A DNA stretch of 64,000 nt from Hypanus sabinus. Taxonomy: Eukaryota. The position numbers were made by a program, and so were the translations under genes. The notes beneath the pieces were generated by a model, which saw only the letters and a list, made by a program, of their open reading frames with translations, ran no database searches and had not been told where the DNA came from. Of this stretch, positions 12,965-25,400 are shown one piece after another. The stretch covers positions 20,522,001 through 20,586,000 of the forward strand of contig NC_082731.1 of the NCBI RefSeq assembly GCF_030144855.1. Reading direction: 5' to 3'. Positions within the stretch are counted from its first letter, which is position 1. Each line of letters begins with the position of its first letter.

Positions 12965-14738
12965 TCTTTCCACTCTTTTCAGTTCAAATATTTTTCGAAA
13001 AATATATTTGACGAGTTAATGGGGCTTAATACGCGTTTTTCCGGAGGAACTAGTGACTTAAGCTGCCATTCTCGACGATGACGTCACCGGAAACATGAAG
13101 ATGCATTTCTGAAGACTGATGTTCACATTGCTGGACAAACTCACTGAATAGCATTTTGAAGGTAGTAATTAGGTATGACAGGGTAGATGTACATGCGCCG
13201 ACAGGAATGACGGGCAATTGCGACGGCGGATATTTTTGCTGCCCAATTTGAGTAACACTTCCTTAGGATCGGCCTTTCGTGCTACATAATTATTTTTCTC
13301 CGGTGTGCCAAGTGGGGGGAATGTTAGAGAGAATTTTATATCTAGCACGTGTGGCAATTCATGGTACGGACTTCGGCCACTAACCATCAGAGTCAACTAT
13401 GCATTTTAGATTATTTTAACATGCATTTGTGAACAATAGCTTCCGAAACGCCTTAGTTCACTAACCAGAAAATGCTTATTAAAACGCATTTAGATATCTG
13501 TGGTATGGGTGCGCGTCGAGAGGTGTGAGGTTTGTGTGTGCTTCCAAAGAAAACATTGTGTGTACAATGTAAATGTGGGATTCTCCATTGATGGTTAGTA
13601 CATAATATATGAGATAGCTTGGGCAGCAAGACCTTTCAACCGAAAGGGCCCTAACACCGTATATTACCTGTTGTATCTTGTCTTTTTCAAAAAAACTGAC
13701 CCTGAGTATGCTGTAATCGGCTGTCGTATTCAGGAGTGTCGTTTGCTCCACCCTCTCCTCAGGGACTCCACTAACTGCTCCCTCACGTCCCCTTTCCGCC
13801 GGGATTGCCCGTTCCGCAATTCCTTTTCATTTGTCCTCACCACTAAACTTCCACCAAGTACTTACTCTTGTATGCGACTTGATAGCTGCACCTGCCTTAC
13901 TACCATTGAGAGCCGAATACGTTTTGGCTATTTTCTGCCTCAGTGGCGTGTCCTCCGTTTGCCGGAGGGAAGACATGCGGAGAGAAATGAGTCTGAATTA
14001 CGGCAGAGGAGAGAGTAAAATCCAGGGAAAAGTGTGGGGAACTAAAATGGTGCGAAAATAGAGGGAGAAAGAGGATGATTGGGAATGATAGAGTGAGAAA
14101 GTAAATAAATGAGGCAGACATATGAGCACTGAAATTGTGTGTGTGAGAGAGAGAGAGGGAGAGAAAATGGTGATCGATAGAGCAGTAAGTAGGGCGAGAG
14201 GCAGGGGAAACAAGAGAAACTGGGAAGCGGAGAATTAGTGGAAGAAGAATGTAAGAAAGCTATGTGGTCCAGGCACAGTAGAGTAGTGTTTATCGCTAAG
14301 CTGTATACAGTTCTGGGCTTTGGATGTACTGATAAGTATGCTAATGATTTATTTTAATTTGAGCTGTGAATAGGTTAGGTTCTTGGATCTCTCGAAGTGA
14401 AGCTCGGGGCCCGATTGGAGTAATCCGGGATCCACTGCACAGTAAATAAATAAATTTGAAAATGTGAGACTACTAAAGCATCAGAGATAGGTGAAGACGG
14501 AGTGAGCGAGAGAAAGGGAATGGGAAAGAAAAGGCTAGAGGAAAGGACTGATATATCGGCGTGGGGGAGGTTGCATGAGTAAACAATTGAGTAGATTGAA
14601 AATAAAGAGGAAAAGACAAAGTATGAGGTAGGAACGAGATCGCGGAAAGCAACGCTTGTGAAACTGAAGGAGCAATCGGTGTAGGGACACGGGAGGGAAT
14701 GGCAAATTGAAAGTTAGAGATGAACAGGATGTGAGGCG

Positions 14739-14741
<3 letters not shown>

Positions 14742-14787
<46 letters not shown>
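14742..14787. repeat. (GA)n microsatellite
   Basis: A perfect GA run. Others are at about 23879-23908, 24658-24722, 44392-44450, 49138-49201 and 56892-56953. Confidence 0.9.
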
Positions 14788-14789
<2 letters not shown>

Positions 14790-15460
14790 GGAAAGATGCA
14801 AACTAAGACTCAATATTCATCACACCGATTCATCATCTGAATTTACATGTATTGTGAAATATGTAGAAAGTCCATGCATTGAGAAGAGATACCGGGAATA
14901 AATGCTGGAGACTCAGCGAGCGATATTGAGAACATGTCAAAAAGAATGAGAGAGAGATAGATAGAGAGTGGGAGAGTGGGTGTGTGTGAGAAGGAGAGAG
15001 TTTCAGTGGAACGGAAAGAACAAATAAAGGGGAAGACTATGGTATGAATATAGAGCTCAGAAAAAAATAGAGGGCTATCGATTAGCCTCGGTAGTTCTAC
15101 GGTAAGGACATGTTCAGCATAGCTTTGTGGGCCGAAGGGCCTGCATTGTGCTGTAGGTTTTCTATGTTACTAGTGAATGAGATTGCAAGTAAGAGAAAAG
15201 AGGAGAAAGATTGCGAGTAAGTAATACGAGATAGAAAGAGGTACAAAGGCAAGCGGAAACAGCAAAAAGAACTGAAACAAAATGTGATTGGTGCGGGACC
15301 GGATAGATAAGCCACTCACAGCTAATTAATCCACTAGCAGGGCTGCGCCCCCACATTTACGCAAGCTGAAATATGCCACAGGTCTGATGTTACTCTTCAT
15401 TATCGGTGAAGGATATTAACTTTTTGGACTGCAAGTAAGCTGTCTTTCGATCCGGACACC

Positions 15461-15782
15461 ATGGATTTCCCGTGTTCTCTGCTGATTATATTGACTAAGG
15501 TGCCCGGTGTGTCTTTGCGTTAACGGTTTGTTTCTGCTCCTTGTATCCGAAAGCTCGATCTGTTCACGCATTCTGATATTTTATTTCAGGAACAATTGGG
15601 AAAGATTCTGTGACCCAGTAGCCGACTGATTTAACGATTGTGGAAGAACAAAATGTAACGCTGAACTACAATTACACTGGTGTAGCTGACTATATATTTT
15701 GGTAGGTTCATCATCGAGTGGATTCTCCAAAATACTTGCTGAAGATGCATAGCACCGGGTAGATGGACCTGAATGCAGAATG
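15461..15782 (+). pseudogene. TCR V pseudogene (V2, subfamily A), 3'-truncated
   Basis: Leader at 15461-15506 (MDFPCSLLIILTKVP) and V exon from 15590. It has TAG at 15619-15621, first Cys changed to Tyr and further stops. Homology ends at about 15782, with no RSS. Confidence 0.88.
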
Positions 15783-15849
15783 GGGTCACAAGAGTGGGCG
15801 CTTTGGCGGGAAATACTTCATTAATTTCAGTACGATTAATACGTTGGTT

Positions 15850-18145
15850 CATATTTGTTCCCCAATGCTTTTCTCTGGATTTTAATCTCTCCTCTGCCCA
15901 CTCGCAAACCGTAATTCAGACGCATTTCTCGACGCATGTCTTCCCTCCGGCGAACGGAGGAATCGGCTCTCAGGCAGAAAATAAATAAAACGTATTTGGC
16001 TCTCCTTGATAGTGAGGCAGGTTATCAAGAGGCTATCAAGCCGCTTACAGGAATAAGTGCCTGAGGACGAATGAAAAGTAATCGCGGAAAGTGCAATCCC
16101 CAGGGAAAGCGGAGGGGAGGGGCAGGTATTCGGAGCCCTTAGGAGAGGGTGGAGCAAACGACGCAGCTAAAAATGAGAGCCTATTATTATGTTAATGTTT
16201 TTGGAAAAAAACAAGATACAGCAGACAATATACTGATTTATCGCCCTTCCCGTTCAAAGGTAGCGCTGCCCACGCTACCTCATATATTATGTACCATCAA
16301 AGTACAATTCCATGTTTACAATGCACCCACAATACTTTCTTTGGAAGCACATTCGAACCTCACACCTCACTATTGGCACCCATAAACCCATAATGCAGAC
16401 ATCTGAATGCATTTTGATAAGCATTGCCTGGTACGTGATCTAAAGCTTTTAGGATCATTGTTCAGAGCTGCATTTTAAAATAATCTAAAATGCATATTAA
16501 ACTCTGAAGGGTAGTGGTCAAAATCAGTTAGCTTAGTTGCCACATGTGCTGGATCTAAAATTGTCTCAAAAATTCCCTCCTCTTGGCACCCCGGACAAAA
16601 ATAATTATCTAGCACAGAAGACCACTCTTAAGGAATATCTACGCAAATTGGGCAGCAAACATGCACTCGGTAGGAAGTTCCCATAATTCCCGTAGGTGAA
16701 TGTACCTCATCACTATCACAACTAATTGTTACCTTCAAAATGCTGAGCGGATAGTTTGTCCAGAAATGTGAACAGCACTCTTTAGTAATGCAGCTTGATG
16801 CGTATATTTAATCAATTGCTTGTCTTAATCTCTCCATTCACTGGCAGCTAAAACACTCTCTTTCCAGGGGAAGCAGCAAAGCAAATTTATCAGGCTCAGA
16901 GAACCTCTCATCGAATCACAATGAGGGGTTGGGGTGGTGTCCATTTCAATCACTGCAGCGAACTCCCCCTGGCTGCAGTCCTGTCCAAACTATCCAGCCG
17001 ATCACTGGCCTCAAATACTGAAGGGAGCCAGCCCACTTCTATTCTCCATTCAGGCTGAGCGAAGCTGCCTTCAGATTCCGTCCGCCATCTTCTTCATTCT
17101 AGCATGCTATCGAAGTTATGGATGTGTCTGCATTCACATAAATCTCTATCGATTTATTGTTTACAACATATTTAGTATTTTCTGCTATTCAACTAATTAT
17201 ATACCTTCAGTAATCAGCGGGCAGAACAGAGCACTTTTCCAGTCACGCTTTAGCATGTTATTCACGGGTTTCTGTCACAATCTCGGCGCGCTCTTCCTTC
17301 GCGTTTGCTGTGGGTCAGTTTCTGTCACTTGTGGTCAGTTCTGGTGTGGCTGGCTGTTGTCCATCTCTTGGAATCTCTATAATTACACGCTTACTAGCTG
17401 CACTCCTTCCCCACTTTCACTGTGGTGGCAGCAAGAAGGTGAGTCTCACAGTATAACCTGAATCCATTGATTCCACTGTCTGCACACAAACACTTGTCAC
17501 TTTTTAAAAGTACGATTTGCGGTCCGATCCATCTGGGAGCATGCACTTTCAAGCGACATTCTCACCATGACTTGGTCACTCTGATTTGGGAGGACTATCT
17601 CCTTTCCCAGTGAATCTCCTTGATCATCAATCTGTTGCTGTTGTTTGGCTCGATGCTTCAATACTTTAAATCGCATACGAAAGTCTTTCACGTACTGTGT
17701 CAGTCTATAACTGTATACCCCAGACTCACCGCAACAGTAATTATCCACTAAGGGAGTCTGATTTTTCACCCTATCAATAGCTGATAGCGGCAAAAAGCAG
17801 CGTGCTGTTTGGATTGTTCGCAATCTCGTAACACATCAACCCTTGTCTTTCCCTATCTGCTGTAGTGTTGTCAAAGGTAATCTTTGGTTTATGTTTTCCA
17901 ACATTCCTCAACTCTGAGTGTTTAATAGGATCTATAGCAAAATAGGTGCATTTATTATCAGAGAAATGTATAGAATATACATGCTGGAATAATATTTCTT
18001 CGAAAACATCCAGGAAAACAGTGGAGCGCCCCGAAGAATGAATGATATTAGAAGAGCAAAGCCGCCCTGCGAACTCCCCCCCGCCACCCCTAGTAAAAAG
18101 TATCTGCACCCGGCAGGAACACTCATGCCTGCAGCAAAACATTCA
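15850..18145 (-). repeat. Inverted copy of the upstream duplication-unit block
   Basis: It is the reverse complement of about 5860-7320 plus 13095-14040 without the L1. For example, 17895-17970 matches 6065-6130 and 15860-15960 matches 13945-14040. Confidence 0.8.
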
Positions 18146-18157
18146 GAAAGACAGATA

Positions 18158-19395
18158 CAGAAGCATGCAAAGGTTTAGGCACCCCTGGTCAAAATTTCGG
18201 TTACTGTGAATAGTTAAGTGAATAGAAGATGAACTGATCTCCAAAAGTCAAGATATTAAAGCTGAAACATTCTTTTCAACATTTTAAGCAAGATTAGTGT
18301 ATTATTTTTGAGTTCTACAGTTTTGGAGTGAAAAACGGGAAAGGACCACCATACAAATGTTTGGGCACCCCAAGAAATTTGAGCTGTCTGATAACTTTTA
18401 ACAATGTCTCAATCCTTAATTAGCGTGCTACGGTTATGTCCTGTTCACAGTCATCATTAGAAAGAGGCAGGTGATGCAAATTTCAAAGCTTGATAAATAC
18501 CCTGACTCCTCAAACCTTGTCCCAAAAATCAGGAGGCATGTGCTCCTGTAAGCAGCTGCCAAGCACCCTGAAAATGAATTAAGTGATGCCCACAACGCAG
18601 GAGAAGGCTATAAGAGGGTTGCAAATCATTTTCAGGTAGCCGTTTCCTCAGTTCGAAATACAATTAAGAAATGGCAATTAACAGGAACCGTGGAGGTCAA
18701 GTTGAGATCTGGAAGACCAAGAAAACTTTCCGAGGGAACTGATAGCAGGATGGCTAGAAAGGCAAATCAAAACCCCCGTTTGGCTGGAAAATACCTTAAG
18801 GAAGTTTTAGCAGACGCTGGAGTGGTAGCGCAATGTTCTACTGTGCAGCGACACCTGTACAAATATTACCTTCATGAATGAGTCATCAAAAGATAACTTT
18901 TCCTGCATCGTGAACACAAAACTTAGCGTCAGAAATTTGTAAAAGAACATCTAAACAAGCCTGATGCATTTCGGAAACAAATCCTGTGGACTGATGAAGT
19001 TAAAATAATCCTTTTTGGCCGCAATGAGCAAAAGTATGTTTGGAGAAAAAAGGGTGAAGAATTTCATGAACAAAACACCTCTCCAACTGCTAAATACCAG
19101 GGTGGATCGATTATGTTTTGTGCTTGTGTTGCAGCCAGTGGCACGGGGAACATTTCAGCGGTAGAGTGAAAAATGAACTCAATTAAATACCAGCAAATTC
19201 TGGAAGGAAACATCACAACACCTGTAAAAATGCTGAATATGTAAAGAGGATGGTTTCTACAACAGGATAATGATCATAAAAATACCTCAAAATCCACAAT
19301 GGACTTCCCCAAGAGGCGCAAGCTGAAGGTTTTGCCATGGCTCTCACACTCCCCCGAACTAAACATCATCGGAATTCTGTGGATGGACCTCCATA
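18158..19395 (+). mobile_element. Tc1/mariner DNA transposon, 3'-truncated and degenerate
   Basis: It begins TA|CAGAAGCATGCAAAGGTTTAGGCACCC, a Tc1-type terminal repeat, with an internal repeat at about 18350-18372. Transposase motifs are GEGYK, GRPRKLS, ILWTDE, QQDND and SPELNII. No right terminal repeat is visible. Confidence 0.85.
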
Positions 19396-19409
19396 GATGG
19401 ATCTCCATA

Positions 19410-19565
19410 GTCCTGCGCCCCAGCATTTACGCGAGCTGAAATATGCCGTAGATCTGATTTTACTCTTCATTGTCGGTCAATGATATTAACTTATAGGACT
19501 GCAAATCAGCTCTCTTTCGATCCAGACAGCATGAATTTCCTGTGTTCTCTGCTGATTATGCTGGA
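19410..19565 (+). pseudogene. Isolated V promoter-proximal region with a partial leader (ATG at 19531)
   Basis: The sequence atgaatttcctgtgttctctgctgattatg jumps directly back into upstream-unit sequence (ctggagtgtcagcaagcaatattgagaacatg). Confidence 0.7.
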
Positions 19566-20126
19566 GTGTCAGCAAGCAATATTGAGAACATGTCAGAAAG
19601 AATGAGAAACAGATCGATAGAGAGCGGGAGAGTGTGTGTGTGGGTGAGAGAGAGACAGAGGTGCAGTGGAACAGAAAGAACGAATGAAGGGAAGAAAATG
19701 GTTAGAATATTGTGCTTAGAAAAATAGAGGCCTAGCGAGAAGCGTAGATAGTTCTAAAGTAAGGACATGTTCAGCACAGCTTTGTGGGCTCAAGGACCTG
19801 TATTGTGCTGTAGGTTTTCTATTTTTCTATGTTTCCAGTGAGTGCGATTGCAAATAAGTGAAAGCAGAAGAAACATTGCGAGGAAGTAATGCGAGATAGA
19901 AAGAGGTATAAAGGCATGCAGGAACAGACAAAGCAACTGAAGCAAAATGTGATTGGTGTCCGGACCGGATTCTTTCGGCACTTGCAGCCAATCAATGCAC
20001 CGGCAAGGCTGTGCCCTCACATTTACGCAAGCTGAAATATGCCGCAGGTCTGATTTTACCCTTCGTCATCGGTCAAGGATATTAACTTATTGGACTACAA
20101 GTAAGCTGTCTTTCGATTCGGACACC

Positions 20127-20550
20127 AAGAATTTCCTGTGTTCTCTGCTGATTATATTGGCGATGATCCCGGTGAATCTTTGCGGCAACGGTCTGTGTAT
20201 GTTCCTGAGGTCCGGAGAAAGCTCGATCTGTTCATGCATTCTGTCATTTTATTGCAGGAGCAGTTGGGAAAGATTCCGTTACGCAATGGCCGACTGATTT
20301 AACGACTGTGGAAGAACAAAATGTAACACTGAACTGTAATTCCACTGGCTTAGCTGAATGTATTTCTTGTTATGTTCAGCATCGATTTGAATCATCAAGG
20401 CAAAGGGGTATAGAGGCGGAAAGATGGAGCAGCATGCAGAATGTCCGGCGAGTTTTACCGGTGATTGCAGTGTGTCAGCAAGGCTGCAGATTTGAAGATC
20501 TCTGGTGCTTCTGTGTCGGACTCCGCCGTGTCTCCTTGCGGCATGAGGCG
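20127..20550 (+). pseudogene. TCR V pseudogene (V3, subfamily A)
   Basis: The start codon is changed to AAG and the leader has a 1-nt deletion. The V exon starts at 20258, with the FR2 Trp changed to Cys and frameshifts. The RSS is degenerate: TATAGCG, 23 nt, ACAAAATCC (20551-20589). Confidence 0.88.
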
Positions 20551-20789
20551 TATAGCGTTGCAAGGTGATGACAGGACCGGACAAAATCCGACGTCTGAGA
20601 TTCAGTGGGTCCAGCCAGAGGGTCCTTTTTCCCGGAAACTGCCAGGGGCGCAGAAACAAATCCCCCACGGTCACGTGATTGACATAAGAATGCGAAAATT
20701 ATTCGGAGTAAGATGTACAGATTTGAGAAAATGATATGTGTACCAATTTGCTCAAATCGAAACGTCATAAAACCTTTCCCAATAACATG

Positions 20790-22270
20790 CGATATGTTAA
20801 TTGAGACAGGGGCAATAATACCTCATCTGCATTTGCTAACAGTCGGACAGGATATTTGTATTACTGGTACAGGAGAAATAACGGTGAAAGTAGAAAGAAG
20901 CGAATTGTAGATACTCAAAAGTGCGAGGAACAAGCTTCAGTGTGCTTCTGGATCTGCTCAAATAATGAGGGCATTATTCTCGGACTAGAGAGTGAAAGGG
21001 AAGCAGAGGCCATTTTATATCCAGGAAAGGGGGAAATAATATGTGGAAACCAAGGGAAGCGAGCACTCACACCTAAAATTCGTACGCAACGTAGCCACCG
21101 TATCGCACTGACAACTGTTCACAAGTCAGTAACAACAGTTATGGACTTTGGAATTAATCCCGCGAGTACCCACCTCACAGAGAGGGAGGCACACGAACGT
21201 TACGTAGGAATAGAGTAATAAAACGATATGGGTGCAAAGAAAGCACCTCTGGACAGAAAGCAGGGAATGGCTTTGTGGATGAGTCTCGAAGGTAAATAAA
21301 CTAGAATACATTGTCTGTGGTGACGGACGCAGGTGAAGAATGAGCTTCGCCAGCACTGCCAGTGGATTGCTAAGCTCAGGTGGCGGACTTGCTGGCCATG
21401 ACAGAAATAATTCGGTACAGTAAAGGCAGACAAGCAAATATATATTCTGACAGCCCGTAATCCTTCGGGACGCTTATCGGTTGTCCTGGGACGATGACGA
21501 TTTGTAACCACAAGAGGTACAGGTATTGAGCACCGGCCCCAATACAACAACTGCTGGAAGCACTGTCTAGTGACAGTAACTAAAGTGGAATCTCAGCTGT
21601 AAGAGAAGAGTAAGGAGCAGAAAGTAATAACAATAAGTTGCAAGTGTGCAGGAAGAAACGTCGGAGCCAGATGAATAAAAACAGACAGCTCCCAAGGGAC
21701 CCTTGGATAACACACAGAAAGCATGGGGAAAAGCTTATGTCTCATCGTTATGCAGAAAAGAAAATCTGCAGATGCTGGAAATCCAATAAATACACACAAA
21801 GCGCTGGAGGCAGGCAGCATCTCTGCAGTGATGATCTGTATTTAAGCTGCCCGGCCATTTTCAGTGCATTGTCATGTAATTAAGGATCACTTCAGCCGGC
21901 GGGTAGAAGATTTCCGAACCAGAAACTGTATCGCCAGCAGCGTTGCACTAAGTATTGTCAGGTAGTTCTACAAAGGTGAAGAACTCTTCTAGATGGACTC
22001 TGACCCGGAAGCACATTTCAGAGGGAAAGTGATAAATGAAATGTGCCGACTGCGATTGTTTCGACAACGGTTCCACTTGCCCTACCACCAAGGAAGCGGC
22101 CTGGAAGTTTAATGCACCTTCACGGTCCCGGACCAGGAGCCGGCTGATTCCAGACCGATGCTGCCGCCTGATGTGTTGTGTGAGTACACCGAATAGCTAA
22201 AGCAGCAAGAACTTCGGACACAAGTATTTTGGGCACAGAGCACGGAAATAGCGATGCCACAAACTTTGAA
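20790..22270 (+). mobile_element. Second copy of the retroviral protease and integrase remnants
   Basis: Homologous to 4185-5720. It reads MLIETGA...FWICSNNEGIILG, with integrase-like sequence from about 21865. Confidence 0.65.
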
Positions 22271-23874
22271 CACCATAAATCACCGAGTTGTTTGTTACGT
22301 CTCTCCACCCGCTGAGAAACGGGAACACCTCTTTTCCCCTTATTCGGGAGAAACACAGACTGTGATATGTGGAATACTGGGTGAACAACTTGTTTTTGAT
22401 GTATTGCATATATCTGTCCATCATAATGCATTGCTGCAGGCTTGAGTGCTCCTGCCTGGTGCCCATGCTTTTTACTGGTGGAAGACGGGTGTTTTTTGAT
22501 TGGCTGCTGCTTATGCGTGGCAGGGGGGACCACAGTTGATGGAAACTTATCCATAGCAAACAAGAAACGGAGAGGGAATCAAGATTGTGACAGAAACCCG
22601 TTAATCGCATGCCAAAGAGTAATGTTAAAAGTACACTGTTCTGACGGCTGATTACTGAAGGTTTCCGATTAGTTGAACAGCAGAAAATAGAAAATATTTT
22701 GCAGAAAACGGATCGGCAGAGATTTAAGTTAAAGCAGACACATCCACAACTTCATTAGCATAGTGGAATGAAGAAGATTGCAGACAGAATCTGAAGACAG
22801 TTACGCTCAGCCTGAATGGGAAATAGTGTAAGCTGGCATGAAGCTCCATTTCTAAAGACAGTTCACGTATCTATACAAACTCTCTGCTTAGCATTTTGAA
22901 GGTAGCAATTAGGTATGATAGGATAGATGTACATGCGCCTACAGGAGAATATGGGAGCTTCCGACGGAGGGCATTTTTGCTGCCCAATTTAAGTAGATCT
23001 TCCTTAAGATTGGCCTTTCGTGCGAGATAAGTATTTTTGATCGGGATGCCAAGAGGAGGGAATGTTTGAGAGAATTTTAGATTCGGCACATGCGGCTATT
23101 AACGTAACTGACTTCTGACACTAGCCTTCAGAGTCCACTATACATTTTAGATTATTTTAAAATGCAGCTCTGAACAATACGTTCCTAAACGCCTTTGATC
23201 ACGGACCGGACAACGCGTATTAAAATGCAATTAAATGTATGTTGTTTGGGTGCGAATCGTGAGTTGTGAGGTTTGTGTGTGCTTTCAAAGAAAGCATTGT
23301 GCGTGCATTGTGAAAACGAATTTGTCTTTTGATTGTTATTATATAATATACGAGGTAGCATGGGCAGCGACCTTTCAACGAAAGGGCCTTAATAACAATA
23401 TACTGGCTGCCGTAACTTGCTTTTATCAAAAACCCAACCCTGAGTATAATTGGCTCTGGTTTTAAGGTGCGTCGTTTGCTCCACCCTGTTCTATGGGACC
23501 CGACGACCTAACTCCACCCCTCTGCTTTCCGTGCGGTATGGTCTCTCCGCGATTCCTTTTCATTAAACTTCTACCAGGCACTGACTCTTGTAAGTGGCTT
23601 GATAGCTACACCTGACTCACTACCATTGAGAGCCGAATACGTTTTACTTATTTTGTCCTTCCGTGGCCTGTTCTCCGTTTGCTGGAGGGAAGGCATGCGG
23701 AGACAAATGGGTCTGAAATGTGGTTTGCGGGTGGGCAGAGGACATAGTAAATTCCAGGGAAAAGTGTGGAGAACTAATATGATGCGAAAATGTATGGAGA
23801 AAGAAGGTGATTTGAAATGATGGAGTGAGAATCTGAATAAATGAGGGAGACGTAAGAACACTGACGTTGTGTGT

Positions 23875-23911
<37 letters not shown>

Positions 23912-24289
23912 ATGGTGATCGGTAGAGCAGTAAGTAGAACGAGAGGTAGGGGAAGAGAGAGAAACTGGGAAGGGAAGACTTCGTGAAAGAAGATGTAAGG
24001 AAGATAATAAGCTCCCAGCCACCGTTGCATAGTGTTTATCTCGAAGCTGTTTGCACTTCTGGGCAGCAGATTTCGGTGTTCCGTTCCGGTGCATCTATAA
24101 AAGGGCTGTATGACGTCCGTTCGGAATGCGCAGAAATTTTTCGGGATTTCCATTCTCCGTTCACAGTGAAAAATGTACTGATAGGTACGTTAACAACCCA
24201 TTTCAAATTGTTTTGTGATTAGGGTCGGGTCTTGGATCGCTATAGTTGAAGCTTCGTGGCCGATGGGACTATTCCGAACCAACACTAAG

Positions 24290-24355
24290 CAAATAAATAA
24301 ATAAATAAATAAACAAATAAATACATAAATAAATAAATAAATAACTAAATAAATA
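24290..24355. repeat. (TAAA)n microsatellite
   Basis: An imperfect AAAT run. Confidence 0.85.
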
Positions 24356-24651
24356 ACACACAAGTTGAAAGTGTGGGATAACGAAATCATGAGAGAGAGA
24401 GAGGAAGACGGAGTGACCGAGGGAAAGGGAATGGGAAAGACGGAACATGAGGGAAGGAAGGATATATTGTGGGAAGGCTTGAGAAAACAATTGAGCAGGA
24501 TGAAAAGAAAGAGGGAATGACAAAGTAAAAGGCAGGAACAAGACAGAGGACAGCCATGCTTGTGAAACAGAAGGAACGCTCGATGTAGAGACACGAGAGG
24601 GAATGAAAAATGGAAGGTTTGAGATGAATAGGATGTGAGATATTCAGAGGG

Positions 24652-24724
<73 letters not shown>

Positions 24725-24894
24725 GATAAATAAAACACAATATTCATCAGACCAACTTCTAAAGTGAATTTACATGCAGTGAGAAATATAGAGAAAGCAT
24801 TGTTAAGCGATAGGGGAAATAAATGGTGGAGAGTCAGCGAGAAATATTAAGAACATGTCAGAAGGAATGAGAGATATATAGATAGAGAGCTGGA

Positions 24895-24933
<39 letters not shown>

Positions 24934-25223
24934 GTTCAGTGGAACAGAAAGAACGAATGAAGGGAAGAATATGGTAGGAACATGGAGCTTAGAAAAATAG
25001 AGCCCTATCGAGAAGCCTAGGTAATTCCAAAGTAAGAACATGTTCAGCAAAACTTTGAGGGCTCAAGGACCTGCATTGTGCTGTAGGTTTTCTATTTTTC
25101 TATGTTTCCAGTGAGTGCGATTGTAAATAAGTGAAAGCAGGAGAAGCATTGCGAGGTAGTAATTCGAGACAGAAAGAGGTATAAAGGCATGCAGAAACAG
25201 ACAAACCAACTGAAACAAAGGTG

Positions 25224-25268
25224 TGATTGGTGTCTGGTCCGGATTAATTCGGCGCTGACAGCCAATCA
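25224..25268 (+). promoter_or_regulatory. Inverted CCAAT-box pair, candidate promoter of V4
   Basis: TGATTGG (25224-25230), 31 nt, then CCAATCA (25262-25268), about 130 nt upstream of the ATG. The same layout occurs at V1, V3, V5, V7 and V10. Confidence 0.6.
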
Positions 25269-25400
25269 ATGCACCGACAGGGCCGCGCCCCCACATTTAC
25301 ACAAGCTGAAGTATGCCGCACGTCTGATTTAACCCTTCATTGTCAGTCAAAGATATTAGCTTACTGGACTGCAAGTAAGCTGTCTTTCGATCCGGACACC

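Larger units (their letters stand above)
7322..13094 (-). mobile_element. Full-length L1-clade non-LTR retrotransposon, inactivated
   Basis: It has an L1 ORF1-like protein (RSRRKNMRI..VPEG..ERAHR..PRSIIVKFLRY) and an ORF2 with endonuclease, RT (TDQTGF-like, GTRQGCAWSPLLF, YADD-like) and C-terminal pieces. AATAAA and an A-rich tail lie near 7322-7350 on the minus strand. The TSD is atgaagctgcatttc (7307-7321) / atgaagatgcatttc (13095-13109). Confidence 0.9.

Noticed and set aside
16934-17461. 175-aa ORF
   Set aside because: It lies in the inverted repeat block, is not open in the paralogous copies and has no recognisable motifs.
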